The notes below the pieces were generated by a model. It worked only from the letters and a program-made list of their open reading frames with translations, was not told where the DNA came from and made no database searches. Made by a program: the position numbers and the translations under genes. This document shows positions 8,246 through 18,906 of a stretch of DNA of 64,000 nucleotides, piece after piece; positions within the stretch are counted from its first letter, which is position 1; the number at the start of each line of letters is the position of its first letter. The stretch covers positions 5,772 through 69,771 of the forward strand of contig JBLNBJ010000212.1 of the NCBI GenBank assembly GCA_050259835.1, read 5' to 3'. The stretch is from Ignavibacteria bacterium (GTDB lineage: Bacteria; Pseudomonadota; Gammaproteobacteria; Burkholderiales; Rhodocyclaceae).

Positions 8246-9658
8246 TCAGGCGCGCCGGCGGCGGGCGGCGTAACGCTCCCTGAACGTCTTGCCTTCGGGC
8301 GCGGGAAAGTCGCGTCCTGCCGTCCATGCGGGTGCGGCGGCGAGCACCGAAATGCGGTCGCGGCCGCCCGCCAGCCACTTGAGATAACGCGCGGCCAGCC
8401 GGGTGCCCAGGCCATAAAGCGCCGGCCGATTCGCGACCCAGGCCCAGGCCCTGAGCGCGAGGCGCTCGGTCCACGGCCGCAGCTTTTTCTCGATCTGCTG
8501 CTCGCGCAGCTTGCGCATCAGTTCCGGCAGCGGGATCAGCACGGGGCAGACGGCGCTGCACTGTCCGCAGAAGGTGGCGGCGTTGGGCAGTTCGACGGCA
8601 TTCTCGATGCCGACGTAGAGCGGCGTGAGGATCGAGCCCATCGGCCCCGGGTAGACCCAGCCGTAGGCGTGCCCGCCGATCGACTGGTAGACGGGGCAAT
8701 GGTTCATGCAGGCGCCGCAGCGGATGCAGCGCAGCATCTCGTGATAGTCGCTGCCGACGACGTCGGCGCGGCCGTTGTCGACCAGCACGAAATAGAGGTG
8801 TTCCGGTCCGTCGCTGTCGCCGGGCCGCCGCGGCCCGGTGAGCACCGAGAAGTAGTTCGAGATGGACTGGCCGGTGGCGGAGCGCGGCAGCAGGCGCATC
8901 ATCAGCGAGAGATCCTCGAGCGTCGGCAGGACCTTCTCGATGCCGGTGATGACCACGTGCACCTTGGGCAGCGTCGTGACCATGCGGCCGTTGCCCTCGT
9001 TCGTGACAAGCGCAACCGATCCGGTCTCGGCCACGAGGAAGTTGCCGCCCGAGATGCCCATGTCGGCCGACAGGAAGTGGCCGCGCAGCACCTCGCGCGC
9101 CTCGCGCGTGAGCTGCGGTATGTCGGTCTTGCGCGGCTTGTGGTGCGTCCTGGCGAAGAGGTCGGCGACTTCGCCGACGTTCTTGTGCATCACGGGCGCG
9201 ATGATGTGCGACGGCGGTTCGTTGTCGTTGATCTGCAGGATGTACTCGCCAAGGTCGGTTTCGACCGGCTGCACGCCGGCGGCGGCGAGCGCGTGGTTGA
9301 GGCCGGCCTCCTCGGACAGCATGGACTTCGACTTGGTGACCTTCTTCACGCCGTGCCGGCGCGCGATGTCGACGACGTGCCGGCAGATTTCGGCGCCGTC
9401 CTTCGCCCACAGCACCGTGGCGCCGCCGGCGGTGGCCTTCGCCTCGAAGCGCTCGAGCCAGAGGTCGAGGTCCTTCAGCACGCGGTCGCGCACGTCGCGC
9501 GCGGCGCGGCGCGTGGCTTCGAAGTCGTCGAGTTCCTTGATCGCTGCGGCCCGCGTGTCGACGAACTTGCCCTTGGCCGTGCGCAGGTTGCGCTGCAGGG
9601 CGGCGTCCGCCAGCTTGGCGGAGGCGTTGGCCTTGAAGTGCATCGAGCGGATTTCCAT
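8246..9658 (-). CDS. lutB: Lactate utilisation protein B (LutB/YkgF, 4Fe-4S + LUD domain)
   Basis: 470 aa from ATG 9658 (MEIRSMHFKAN). 'CIRCGACMNHCPVY' and 'CGQCSAVCPV' are ferredoxin-type clusters. 'LVTNEGNGRM' is the LUD core. Confidence 0.85.
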   Translation of the reverse strand: MEIRSMHFKANASAKLADAALQRNLRTAKGKFVDTRAAAIKELDDFEATRRAARDVRDRVLKDLDLWLERFEAKATAGGATVLWAKDGAEICRHVVDIARRHGVKKVTKSKSMLSEEAGLNHALAAAGVQPVETDLGEYILQINDNEPPSHIIAPVMHKNVGEVADLFARTHHKPRKTDIPQLTREAREVLRGHFLSADMGISGGNFLVAETGSVALVTNEGNGRMVTTLPKVHVVITGIEKVLPTLEDLSLMMRLLPRSATGQSISNYFSVLTGPRRPGDSDGPEHLYFVLVDNGRADVVGSDYHEMLRCIRCGACMNHCPVYQSIGGHAYGWVYPGPMGSILTPLYVGIENAVELPNAATFCGQCSAVCPVLIPLPELMRKLREQQIEKKLRPWTERLALRAWAWVANRPALYGLGTRLAARYLKWLAGGRDRISVLAAAPAWTAGRDFPAPEGKTFRERYAARRRRA

Positions 9659-10383
9659 CACTCGTCTCCGGCCAGGATCTCGGCGATATGCAGCACCCGG
9701 GTCGTCTCGTCGCCCATGCGCCGCAGCTTGCCCTCGATGTTGAGCAGGCAGCCGAGATCGCCGGCCACCACCGCATCGGCGCCGGCCGCGCGGATGTTGT
9801 CGCACTTCTTGGTCGCGATGGCGGTCGAGATGTCGCCGAACTTGACGGCGAAGGTGCCGCCGAAGCCGCAGCATTCGTCGGCGCCCGTCATTTCCTTCAA
9901 TTCCACGCCCGGCAGTTTCGCGAGCAGCTGGCGCGGCTGGTCCTTGATGCCGAGGCTGCGCAGGCCAGTACAGGAATCGTGATAGGTGACGCTGCCGGCG
10001 AAATCCCCGGGCAGCTTTTCGATCTTCGCGACGTTGACCAGGAAGTCGGTGAGTTCAAACACGCGGCTGGCCAGCGCCACGGCGCGATCGCGCCAGTCGG
10101 GGTCATCGGCGAGCAGGATCGGGTATTCGGTGTGGATCTGGTCGGCGCAGGAGCCCGACGGGGCGACGAGATAGTCGAAGGGTTCGAATTCGGCGATGGT
10201 CTTCTTCGCCAGCGTCTTGGCGGCTTCGCGGTCGCCGCTGTTGTAGGCCGGCTGGCCGCAACACGTCTGTTTCTCGGGAACCACCACCTCGCAGCCGGCG
10301 GCTTCGAGCAGCTTGAGGGTGGCGAAACCGATGCGCGGACGCATCAGGTCGACAACGCAGGTGACGAACAGGGCGATGCGCAT
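9658..10383 (-). CDS. lutA: Lactate utilisation protein A (LutA/YkgE, CCG-domain Fe-S oxidoreductase)
   Basis: Start taken at ATG 10383 (MRIALFVTCVVD). Two CCG motifs are present ('CCGQPAYNSG', 'CCGFGGTF'). The stop overlaps the lutB ATG by 1 nt. Confidence 0.85.
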   Translation of the reverse strand: MRIALFVTCVVDLMRPRIGFATLKLLEAAGCEVVVPEKQTCCGQPAYNSGDREAAKTLAKKTIAEFEPFDYLVAPSGSCADQIHTEYPILLADDPDWRDRAVALASRVFELTDFLVNVAKIEKLPGDFAGSVTYHDSCTGLRSLGIKDQPRQLLAKLPGVELKEMTGADECCGFGGTFAVKFGDISTAIATKKCDNIRAAGADAVVAGDLGCLLNIEGKLRRMGDETTRVLHIAEILAGDE

Positions 10384-10480
10384 GGGGGCCTTCGTTAATG
10401 CACTTGGAATACCGCTTGGCGGCGGCGTTTTTCGCAATGTGGCATACTAGCACCCCGCTGCAAGCCCCGAAGAATCTACT

Positions 10481-11263
10481 GTGCCGAACTCCAAGACCAC
10501 CGTCGAAGCAAAGAGCCCGATCCAGGTGATCGAGCGCATGATGAAGCTGCTCGACGTCCTTTCCTATTACCACGATCCCGTCAGTCTCAAGCAGCTTGCG
10601 CTGGAGACGGGGCTGCATCCTTCGACCGCGCACCGGATTCTCGGTGCCATGTCGGTCAGCGGATTCGTGGAGCGCGCGGAGCCAGGCACCTATCGGCTCG
10701 GCATCCGCCTGCTGGAGCTCGGCAACCTCGTCAAGTCGCGCATCAACATCCGTGATTCGGCCCTGCCGCTGATGCAGGAGCTGCACCAGACCCTCGGCGA
10801 GAGCGTGAACCTCGGCGTGCGCCAGGGCGACGAAATCGTCTACGTGGAGCGCACCTCGAGCGGCCGCTCGTCGGTGCGCGTGGTGCACCTCGTCGGCGCC
10901 CGCGCGCCGCTCCATGTGACCGCGGTGGGCAAGCTCTACCTGGTCGAGGACGGCATCGAGAAGGTTCGGGAATACGCGAAGCGCACCGGCCTGCCGCGCT
11001 ACACGCCGACCTCGATCACCACCGTGCAGGCGCTCGAGAAGGAACTGGAGCGCGTGCGCCGCCACGGCGTTGCCTTCGACAACGAAGAAATCGAGCAGGG
11101 GCTGCGCTGCATCGCCGCACCGGTTCGCGACGACACCGGCGAACTGGTGGCCGGCCTCTCCGTTTCCGCGCCGGCGGACCGCCACAATCCCGACTGGGCC
11201 GCCACCGTGCGTGCGGCCGCCGACCGCATCTCGGCCGCCATCGGATACGCCAAACCCGCCTGA
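10481..11263 (+). CDS. IclR-family transcriptional regulator
   Basis: GTG start. N-terminal wHTH ('IERMMKLLDVL...LSLKQLALETGLHPSTAHRIL') and a C-terminal IclR effector domain ('GLRCIAAPV'). Divergent from lutA. Confidence 0.85.
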   Translation: MPNSKTTVEAKSPIQVIERMMKLLDVLSYYHDPVSLKQLALETGLHPSTAHRILGAMSVSGFVERAEPGTYRLGIRLLELGNLVKSRINIRDSALPLMQELHQTLGESVNLGVRQGDEIVYVERTSSGRSSVRVVHLVGARAPLHVTAVGKLYLVEDGIEKVREYAKRTGLPRYTPTSITTVQALEKELERVRRHGVAFDNEEIEQGLRCIAAPVRDDTGELVAGLSVSAPADRHNPDWAATVRAAADRISAAIGYAKPA

Positions 11264-11483
11264 ATCGGCAGGGCAATAATGCCGGCGTCATGACTCCGGT
11301 AGGCGATTCGGCCTTGATTCTGTAGGGGAAATCCTACCCCTCCCTATACCCATCGTGGTATATGGAATTGCGGCGCTTTGTTATACGATTCCCATAAGCT
11401 GCCAACGGTTGTACGGCGGAGAGGCCCAGCAAAAAGCCCCGCATCGCCGAGCGAGCAGCGCCCCAAGAATACGGAGACCCGCC

Positions 11484-12161
11484 ATGATCCCGAGGGTTGC
11501 AGAGAGACTGTTCGGCCGCAGCGTCGCCATCGCTGCCGCCATGCCGCGTCCGGCAGCGCCGGCGGGCATTCCCACACCCACCGCAGCGCCCAAGCCCGGC
11601 GTGCTGGTCCAGCGCGAAGAGATTCTCGACGGGCGTTCGCGCATCAGCGGCTATCGCTTTCGCGCCGTGGCGCTCGAGGCCGGTACGCCGGCGACGGTGG
11701 CCGGCCGGGCCGCGGCGTTGCGCGATGACAACCTCGCCGCCTTCGCCCAGCGGCGGCTGGCGATCATTCCGCTCAAGGCCGAGGAGTGGCAGAGCGGAGA
11801 ATTCCGGCCCTTCGTCACGTCGAACACGATCTTCGAGGTCGAGGTGCCGTCCCCTGGCGGCGATGTCGCGGCCTGGCAGCAGTGCGTCAGGGACATGAAG
11901 GCCGACGGCGCCCGGGTGGGCTTCGACAGCGTGGTGGCGACGCCGCGGCTCGCCGTGGCACTCGAGCTGGCCGACGCGATCTTCGTCAAACCGGATGATT
12001 ACTCCCAAGAGGGACTGGCGCGCGCGATGACCGGCCTGCGTGAGCGCGACCCCGCGCCCACGATCGTCGTCGACGGCATTCACACCTGGGACGATTTCCG
12101 TTCCTGCGTGGCGATGGGCGCCGAGTACTGCCTGGGCAGCTTCGCCGCCGAGAGCGCGTGA
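11484..12161 (+). CDS. Stand-alone degenerate EAL-like domain protein (paralogue of the N-domain of 2728..3897)
   Basis: ATG 11484 is preceded by GGAG. 'REEILDGRSRISGYRFRA' aligns with 'RDEILDGRTRIVGYRFRL', and the similarity continues for about 190 aa ('LRDDNLAAFAQRRLAIIPL' versus 'LRADNLAAFVHQRIAIVPI'; '...CLGSFAA' versus '...GLGSFTA'). Catalytic EAL residues are absent. Confidence 0.6.
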   Translation: MIPRVAERLFGRSVAIAAAMPRPAAPAGIPTPTAAPKPGVLVQREEILDGRSRISGYRFRAVALEAGTPATVAGRAAALRDDNLAAFAQRRLAIIPLKAEEWQSGEFRPFVTSNTIFEVEVPSPGGDVAAWQQCVRDMKADGARVGFDSVVATPRLAVALELADAIFVKPDDYSQEGLARAMTGLRERDPAPTIVVDGIHTWDDFRSCVAMGAEYCLGSFAAESA

Positions 12162-12168
12162 GCCGGCA

Positions 12169-13110
12169 ATGAGCCTCGTATCCGTCGCCCCGGCCGACCT
12201 CGCCGTCGGCATGCCGCTGCCCTGGATGCTGCAGGATCAGGACGGCAATGTGCTGATGCGCGAGGGTGAGGTGCTGCAGAACGACGAGCAGCTCCAGACT
12301 CTCCTTGCCGCCAATCCCCTGCGCAAGCTGACCTGGAATTCCGGCGCCGCCGATTCGTCGGAAGAGGAAGGCGGCGGCGAGATCGACGAGGCCACCGACG
12401 CGGCCCTCGCTGCGGACGCCAGCGACAGCCAGTTCACCTTCCAGGACATGCGGCTGCGCGTCGGCGACCGGCTGCAATTGCAGCCGCCCGCGACCGTGAG
12501 CCTGGAGCGCTTCGTCGTCAAGCTGATCGGCTGGGTCGATAACGTCAGCGTGCTCGTCACGGCGCCGATGGCAAATGGGCTGCGCGTCCCGCTGCGCGAG
12601 AACGACAGCATCGTCGCGCGCATCTTCGCCGGCCAGAAGGCTTTCGGCTTCAGCAGCACCGTGGAACGCGTCTGCAAGATTCCCTACGACTACCTGCATC
12701 TCTCGTTTCCGGCGAAGGTGCAGGGCTCGGTGATCCGCAAGTCGCCGCGCGTGCGCACCAAGATCATCGCCTCGGTGGCGAATCCCGACGCCAGCGCGGC
12801 GGCGGAGCGCCAATCGGGCATCATCGTGAACCTGAGCGCCGATGGCGCGCTGCTGAAGGCGCGCCAGCCCCTGGGAGAGAAGGGCAACCGGCTGCAGCTG
12901 TCGTTCCGCGTGAGCCTGCACAAGGTGGACGCCTACCTCACCATCAGCGCGGTCGTGCGCAGCGCCTTCCCAGATGAGGAGAAGGAGCGCGACAGCGGGG
13001 TGATGTTCAATCACGGCCTGCAGTTCCAGGACCTGGCCGCGAACGATACGGTGATCCTGCAGAGCCTGATCTACCACCAGATGATCGAGCATCCCCACAC
13101 GCTGACCTGA
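12169..13110 (+). CDS. PilZ-domain c-di-GMP receptor (YcgR-like PilZN + PilZ)
   Basis: ATG 12169, 7 nt after the upstream stop. PilZ signature 'RKSPR' (RxxxR) followed by 'NLSADG' ((D/N)xSxxG). Confidence 0.75.
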   Translation: MSLVSVAPADLAVGMPLPWMLQDQDGNVLMREGEVLQNDEQLQTLLAANPLRKLTWNSGAADSSEEEGGGEIDEATDAALAADASDSQFTFQDMRLRVGDRLQLQPPATVSLERFVVKLIGWVDNVSVLVTAPMANGLRVPLRENDSIVARIFAGQKAFGFSSTVERVCKIPYDYLHLSFPAKVQGSVIRKSPRVRTKIIASVANPDASAAAERQSGIIVNLSADGALLKARQPLGEKGNRLQLSFRVSLHKVDAYLTISAVVRSAFPDEEKERDSGVMFNHGLQFQDLAANDTVILQSLIYHQMIEHPHTLT

Positions 13111-13118
13111 ACGGCGCC

Positions 13119-14297
13119 ATGCTCAAGAAGATCACGGTGGCGCAGCTCAGGACAGGCATGTACGTGCATGACCTGAACTGCGACTGGACGGATCACCCTT
13201 TCCTGCGCAACCAGTTCCTCGTCGAGGACGAGGCCATGCTCGGCAAGATCCTCGCGGCGCCGATACCCGAGGTGTGGATCGACACGGATCGCGGTCTTGA
13301 CGTGGCGCCGACGGCGACCAGCCCGGAGGCGCCCGCCGCTTCGTTCACCTCCCCGGCGGATCCCATCGCCGTGCCCGATCTCTCTGCCGAAGTGCAGCGT
13401 GCGCGCAAGCTCCACCGCGAGGCGAATCGGCTGGTGTCCGACCTGCTCGCCGATGCGCGCATGGGCAAGCAGCTGCAGGTGGAGCGCTGCGAGCCGGTCG
13501 TCGAAGGCATCCTGGACTCGATCTTCCGCAAGCCCGATGCGCTCCTGCCGCTGGCGCAGGTGAAAAGCCGGGACGAATACACCTTCCAGCATTCGGTGGC
13601 CGTGGCGGCCCTGGCGGCCGCGTTCGGGCGCACCCTGGACATGTCGCGCGAGACGATCAAGGAGCTGGCGATCGGCGGGCTGCTGCACGACGTGGGCAAG
13701 GCGCTGGTGCCGGACGCCATCCTCAACAAGCCGGGCAAGCTCTCCGAGGAGGAATTCGCGGTGATGAAGGGCCATGCCAGCCACGGCGCCGAGCTGCTGC
13801 GGCAGACGCCGGGCATCAGCGAGATCGCCTTCGCCGCCGCGGCCGAGCACCACGAGCGCTTCGACGGCACCGGGTATCCGCGCGGCCTCAAGGGCGACGG
13901 CATCAGCATCTACGGGCAGATGCTCGCCATCGTGGACGTCTATGACGCGATCACCTCGTTGCGCGTCTACCACAAGGGGATGCCGCCGACCGAGGCGCTG
14001 CGCAACATGTTCCAGTGGAGCAAATGCCATTTCAGCCCGTCACTGGTGCAGGCTTTCATCAAGGGCATCGGCATCTATCCGGCCGGTTCGCTGGTGCGCA
14101 TGGAGAGCGGGCGCATGGGCATCGTGCGCGAAGTGGTGCCCGAGCAGCTGCTGCAGCCGGTGGTGAAGGTGTTCTTCGACGCCGACAAGCGCTGTTACGT
14201 GCCGCCGGAAATCGTGGCGCTGGCGGCCTCGGGCGACAAGATCGTCGCCCACGAGTCGTTCGAGAAGTGGAACATCGACCAGGCCGACTGGCTGTAG
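13119..14297 (+). CDS. HD-GYP c-di-GMP phosphodiesterase
   Basis: 'LLHDVGK', 'HHERFDGTGYPRGL' and 'DVYDAITS'. The N-terminal 'VAQLRTGMYVHDL' segment is typical of HD-GYP sensory N-domains. Starts 8 nt after the PilZ gene. Confidence 0.9.
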   Translation: MLKKITVAQLRTGMYVHDLNCDWTDHPFLRNQFLVEDEAMLGKILAAPIPEVWIDTDRGLDVAPTATSPEAPAASFTSPADPIAVPDLSAEVQRARKLHREANRLVSDLLADARMGKQLQVERCEPVVEGILDSIFRKPDALLPLAQVKSRDEYTFQHSVAVAALAAAFGRTLDMSRETIKELAIGGLLHDVGKALVPDAILNKPGKLSEEEFAVMKGHASHGAELLRQTPGISEIAFAAAAEHHERFDGTGYPRGLKGDGISIYGQMLAIVDVYDAITSLRVYHKGMPPTEALRNMFQWSKCHFSPSLVQAFIKGIGIYPAGSLVRMESGRMGIVREVVPEQLLQPVVKVFFDADKRCYVPPEIVALAASGDKIVAHESFEKWNIDQADWL

Positions 14298-14315
14298 CCG
14301 TCGGCCGGCGCCGGA

Positions 14316-15245
14316 TCAGCCGGCCGTCGGGCGCGGCGCGAGTTCGGCGCTCTCGACCCAGCGCTTGATGCGGGTGGCGTCGCCGATGCGCGTCATCTTG
14401 CCCCAGGAGTCGAGCAGCACGATGATGGTGGGCTTGTTGTTGATCCAGGTCTGCATGACGAGACACTTGCCGGCCTCGTTGATGTAGCCGGTCTTGGACA
14501 GGCCGATTTCCCAGCTCGGGTTCTTCACCAGGCTGTTGGTGTTGCGGAACATCTGCGGCCGGCCCGCCACCACCACCTGGCGTTCCGTCGTGGTCGTGAA
14601 TTCGCGGATCAGCGGATATTCATAGGCGGCGGCCACCATCCGGGCGAGATCGTGCGCGCTCGAGACGTTGGAAGCAGTGAGCCCGGTCGGATCGGCGAAC
14701 TGCGTGTCGCTCATGCCCAGTTCGCGGGCCTTGCGGTTCATCGCGGCGACGAAGGCTTCGCGGCCGCCCGGGTAGTGGCGCGACAGCGCCGAGGCGGCGC
14801 GGTTTTCCGAGGACATCAGCGCGAGGTTCAGCATCTCCTCGCGCGTCAGCCGCGTGCCGACGCGCAGGCGCGAGTGGGTGCCCTTGAGGGCGTCCACGTC
14901 TTCCTCGCCGATGGTGAGGACTTCGGTCAGGCTGGGCTTGGCATCGAGCGCCACCATGGCCGTCATCAGCTTGCTGATCGAGGCGATGGGCACGACGTTG
15001 GCGGGGTTCTTTTCGTACAGGGCGGCGCCGGTGATCTGGTCCTGCACGAGGGCCGAGGTCGATTGGACCAGCAGGCCCTTGGCGTCCTCGAGCGAGGCGC
15101 TGTGATGGACGTGGCGGACCTTGGTGGCCTTGTGCTTCTTTGCTGCGACCGGCTTTTTCTTGGCCGTGCCCGCGAATGCCTGGTGACTCGCAGGTCCCAG
15201 CGCGAGGCTGACCGCGGCCAACGCGGCGATCCAGTTCCGCTTCAT
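14316..15245 (-). CDS. pbpG: D-alanyl-D-alanine endopeptidase/carboxypeptidase (peptidase S11, PBP7-like)
   Basis: Signal peptide, 'SISKLMT' (SxxK), 'SEN' and 'KTG' motifs in canonical order. Confidence 0.8.
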   Translation of the reverse strand: MKRNWIAALAAVSLALGPASHQAFAGTAKKKPVAAKKHKATKVRHVHHSASLEDAKGLLVQSTSALVQDQITGAALYEKNPANVVPIASISKLMTAMVALDAKPSLTEVLTIGEEDVDALKGTHSRLRVGTRLTREEMLNLALMSSENRAASALSRHYPGGREAFVAAMNRKARELGMSDTQFADPTGLTASNVSSAHDLARMVAAAYEYPLIREFTTTTERQVVVAGRPQMFRNTNSLVKNPSWEIGLSKTGYINEAGKCLVMQTWINNKPTIIVLLDSWGKMTRIGDATRIKRWVESAELAPRPTAG

Positions 15246-15366
15246 AGTCCCTCTCCCGTGCGACTGGCCGGCAGTGTACCACCGGTCCCGACTTATTACA
15301 TATTTGTTAACGGCAGAAGTCGTGAAGAATTAAGGGGCTGGAGGGGAAACCTAAAATTTTCGTCAA

Positions 15367-16512
15367 CTAGCGGTCGGGGCTCAGGAAGGCGGCGACTTCC
15401 TCGCGGCGTGCCAGGGTGTCGGCATAACCCAGGCGGATGAGCGCCTCAGTGTAGGGGCGCTCGAACAGCAGGTAGCTCGTCAGTGCGCCGCCGGTTCGGT
15501 TCGTGGCGCCGAGACCGTGCAACAGGGCCCGCACGGAGCGCGGCAGGGCACGCACATGTTCGGCGGCGAGGTGGTCCAGCCGCTGCGAGGGCGAGATGTG
15601 CAGCAGTTCGATGGGGCGCAGGACCACGCCGTGGGCTTGGCGTGTGTGCTCAGGAATCAGGCTGACCGTCCGGTTGATCCGGACCATGCGTTCGAGGTCG
15701 ACCGACAGGGTGTCGAGGAAGATGCTCGACAGGGCGTGGCCCGCGATCTGCGCGAGCGTCGGGTAGCCCTCCGCATGGGCGCGCTCGCCCTCGGCCGCCA
15801 TGCGGCCGGCGCCGATCACCAGGACGCGGTCGGCGCCGAGGTGGATCGCCGGAGAAAGCGGCGCCAGCTGGCGCATCGAACCGTCGCCGAACCATTCGCG
15901 GTGCAGCTTGACGGCCGGGAACACGAACGGGATCGCCGAGGATGCCAGCAGGTGGTCGATTGTCAGCCGGACATGGGCGCCGAAGCGCTGTGCGCGTCGC
16001 CACGGCTCGAGATCTGCGCGGCCCTGGAAGAAGCTCACGCTCTGGCCCGATTCGTAGCCCGAGCAGGTGATGCTGACCGAATGCAGCGCGTGGCGGGCGA
16101 TGGCGCCTTCGATGCGATCGAGATCGAGCGTGCGCTCCAGCAGCCGCCGCAGCGGCGTGTTGTCGAGCAGCGAGCGCGGGCTGCGGCGCGTAATCCAGCC
16201 GAACGCCAGCGTACCGAGCCAGCGCGCTCCGGCGGCCGCGATGCCGGCCGGGTCGGCGCGATAGACATCGCCGGCGCGAAAACCCGACCAGATGGCTTCG
16301 AGCTGTTGGACGCCGGCGCCGAAGTCTTCGGCCCAGGTCGCCATGGCGGCGGCGTTGATGGCGCCGGCCGAAGTGCCGCACAGGACAGGGAAGGGGTTGC
16401 GGCGCGGGTCGGGCAGCAGTTCGCGCACCGCCTTGAGGACGCCGACCTGATAGGCGGCGCGGGCGCCGCCGCCGGTGAGGATGAGCGCGGTCCTGCCGGC
16501 GGGCCGCTCCAT
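15367..16512 (-). CDS. Patatin-like phospholipase
   Basis: 'LTGGGARAAYQVGVL' oxyanion motif and the 'GTSAG' nucleophile elbow. ATG lies 1 nt after the maeB stop. Confidence 0.85.
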   Translation of the reverse strand: MERPAGRTALILTGGGARAAYQVGVLKAVRELLPDPRRNPFPVLCGTSAGAINAAAMATWAEDFGAGVQQLEAIWSGFRAGDVYRADPAGIAAAGARWLGTLAFGWITRRSPRSLLDNTPLRRLLERTLDLDRIEGAIARHALHSVSITCSGYESGQSVSFFQGRADLEPWRRAQRFGAHVRLTIDHLLASSAIPFVFPAVKLHREWFGDGSMRQLAPLSPAIHLGADRVLVIGAGRMAAEGERAHAEGYPTLAQIAGHALSSIFLDTLSVDLERMVRINRTVSLIPEHTRQAHGVVLRPIELLHISPSQRLDHLAAEHVRALPRSVRALLHGLGATNRTGGALTSYLLFERPYTEALIRLGYADTLARREEVAAFLSPDR

Positions 16513-16513
16513 G

Positions 16514-18790
<2,277 letters not shown>

Positions 18791-18906
18791 GGTCTGTGCT
18801 TCCGAGATGTCCCGTCAGGCGGGGCGGACGAGGGCATTATAATTTTTCCTTGTGGCAACAGAGCAATTGTTGATGCGTTGTTGAGGCGATTGCTCGGGGA
18901 GGTTGG

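Noticed and set aside
15367-16512. Patatin-like phospholipase as a CBASS or defence effector
   Set aside because: No CD-NTase, cyclase or other defence gene is adjacent. It is translationally abutted to maeB and resembles housekeeping RssA-type patatins.
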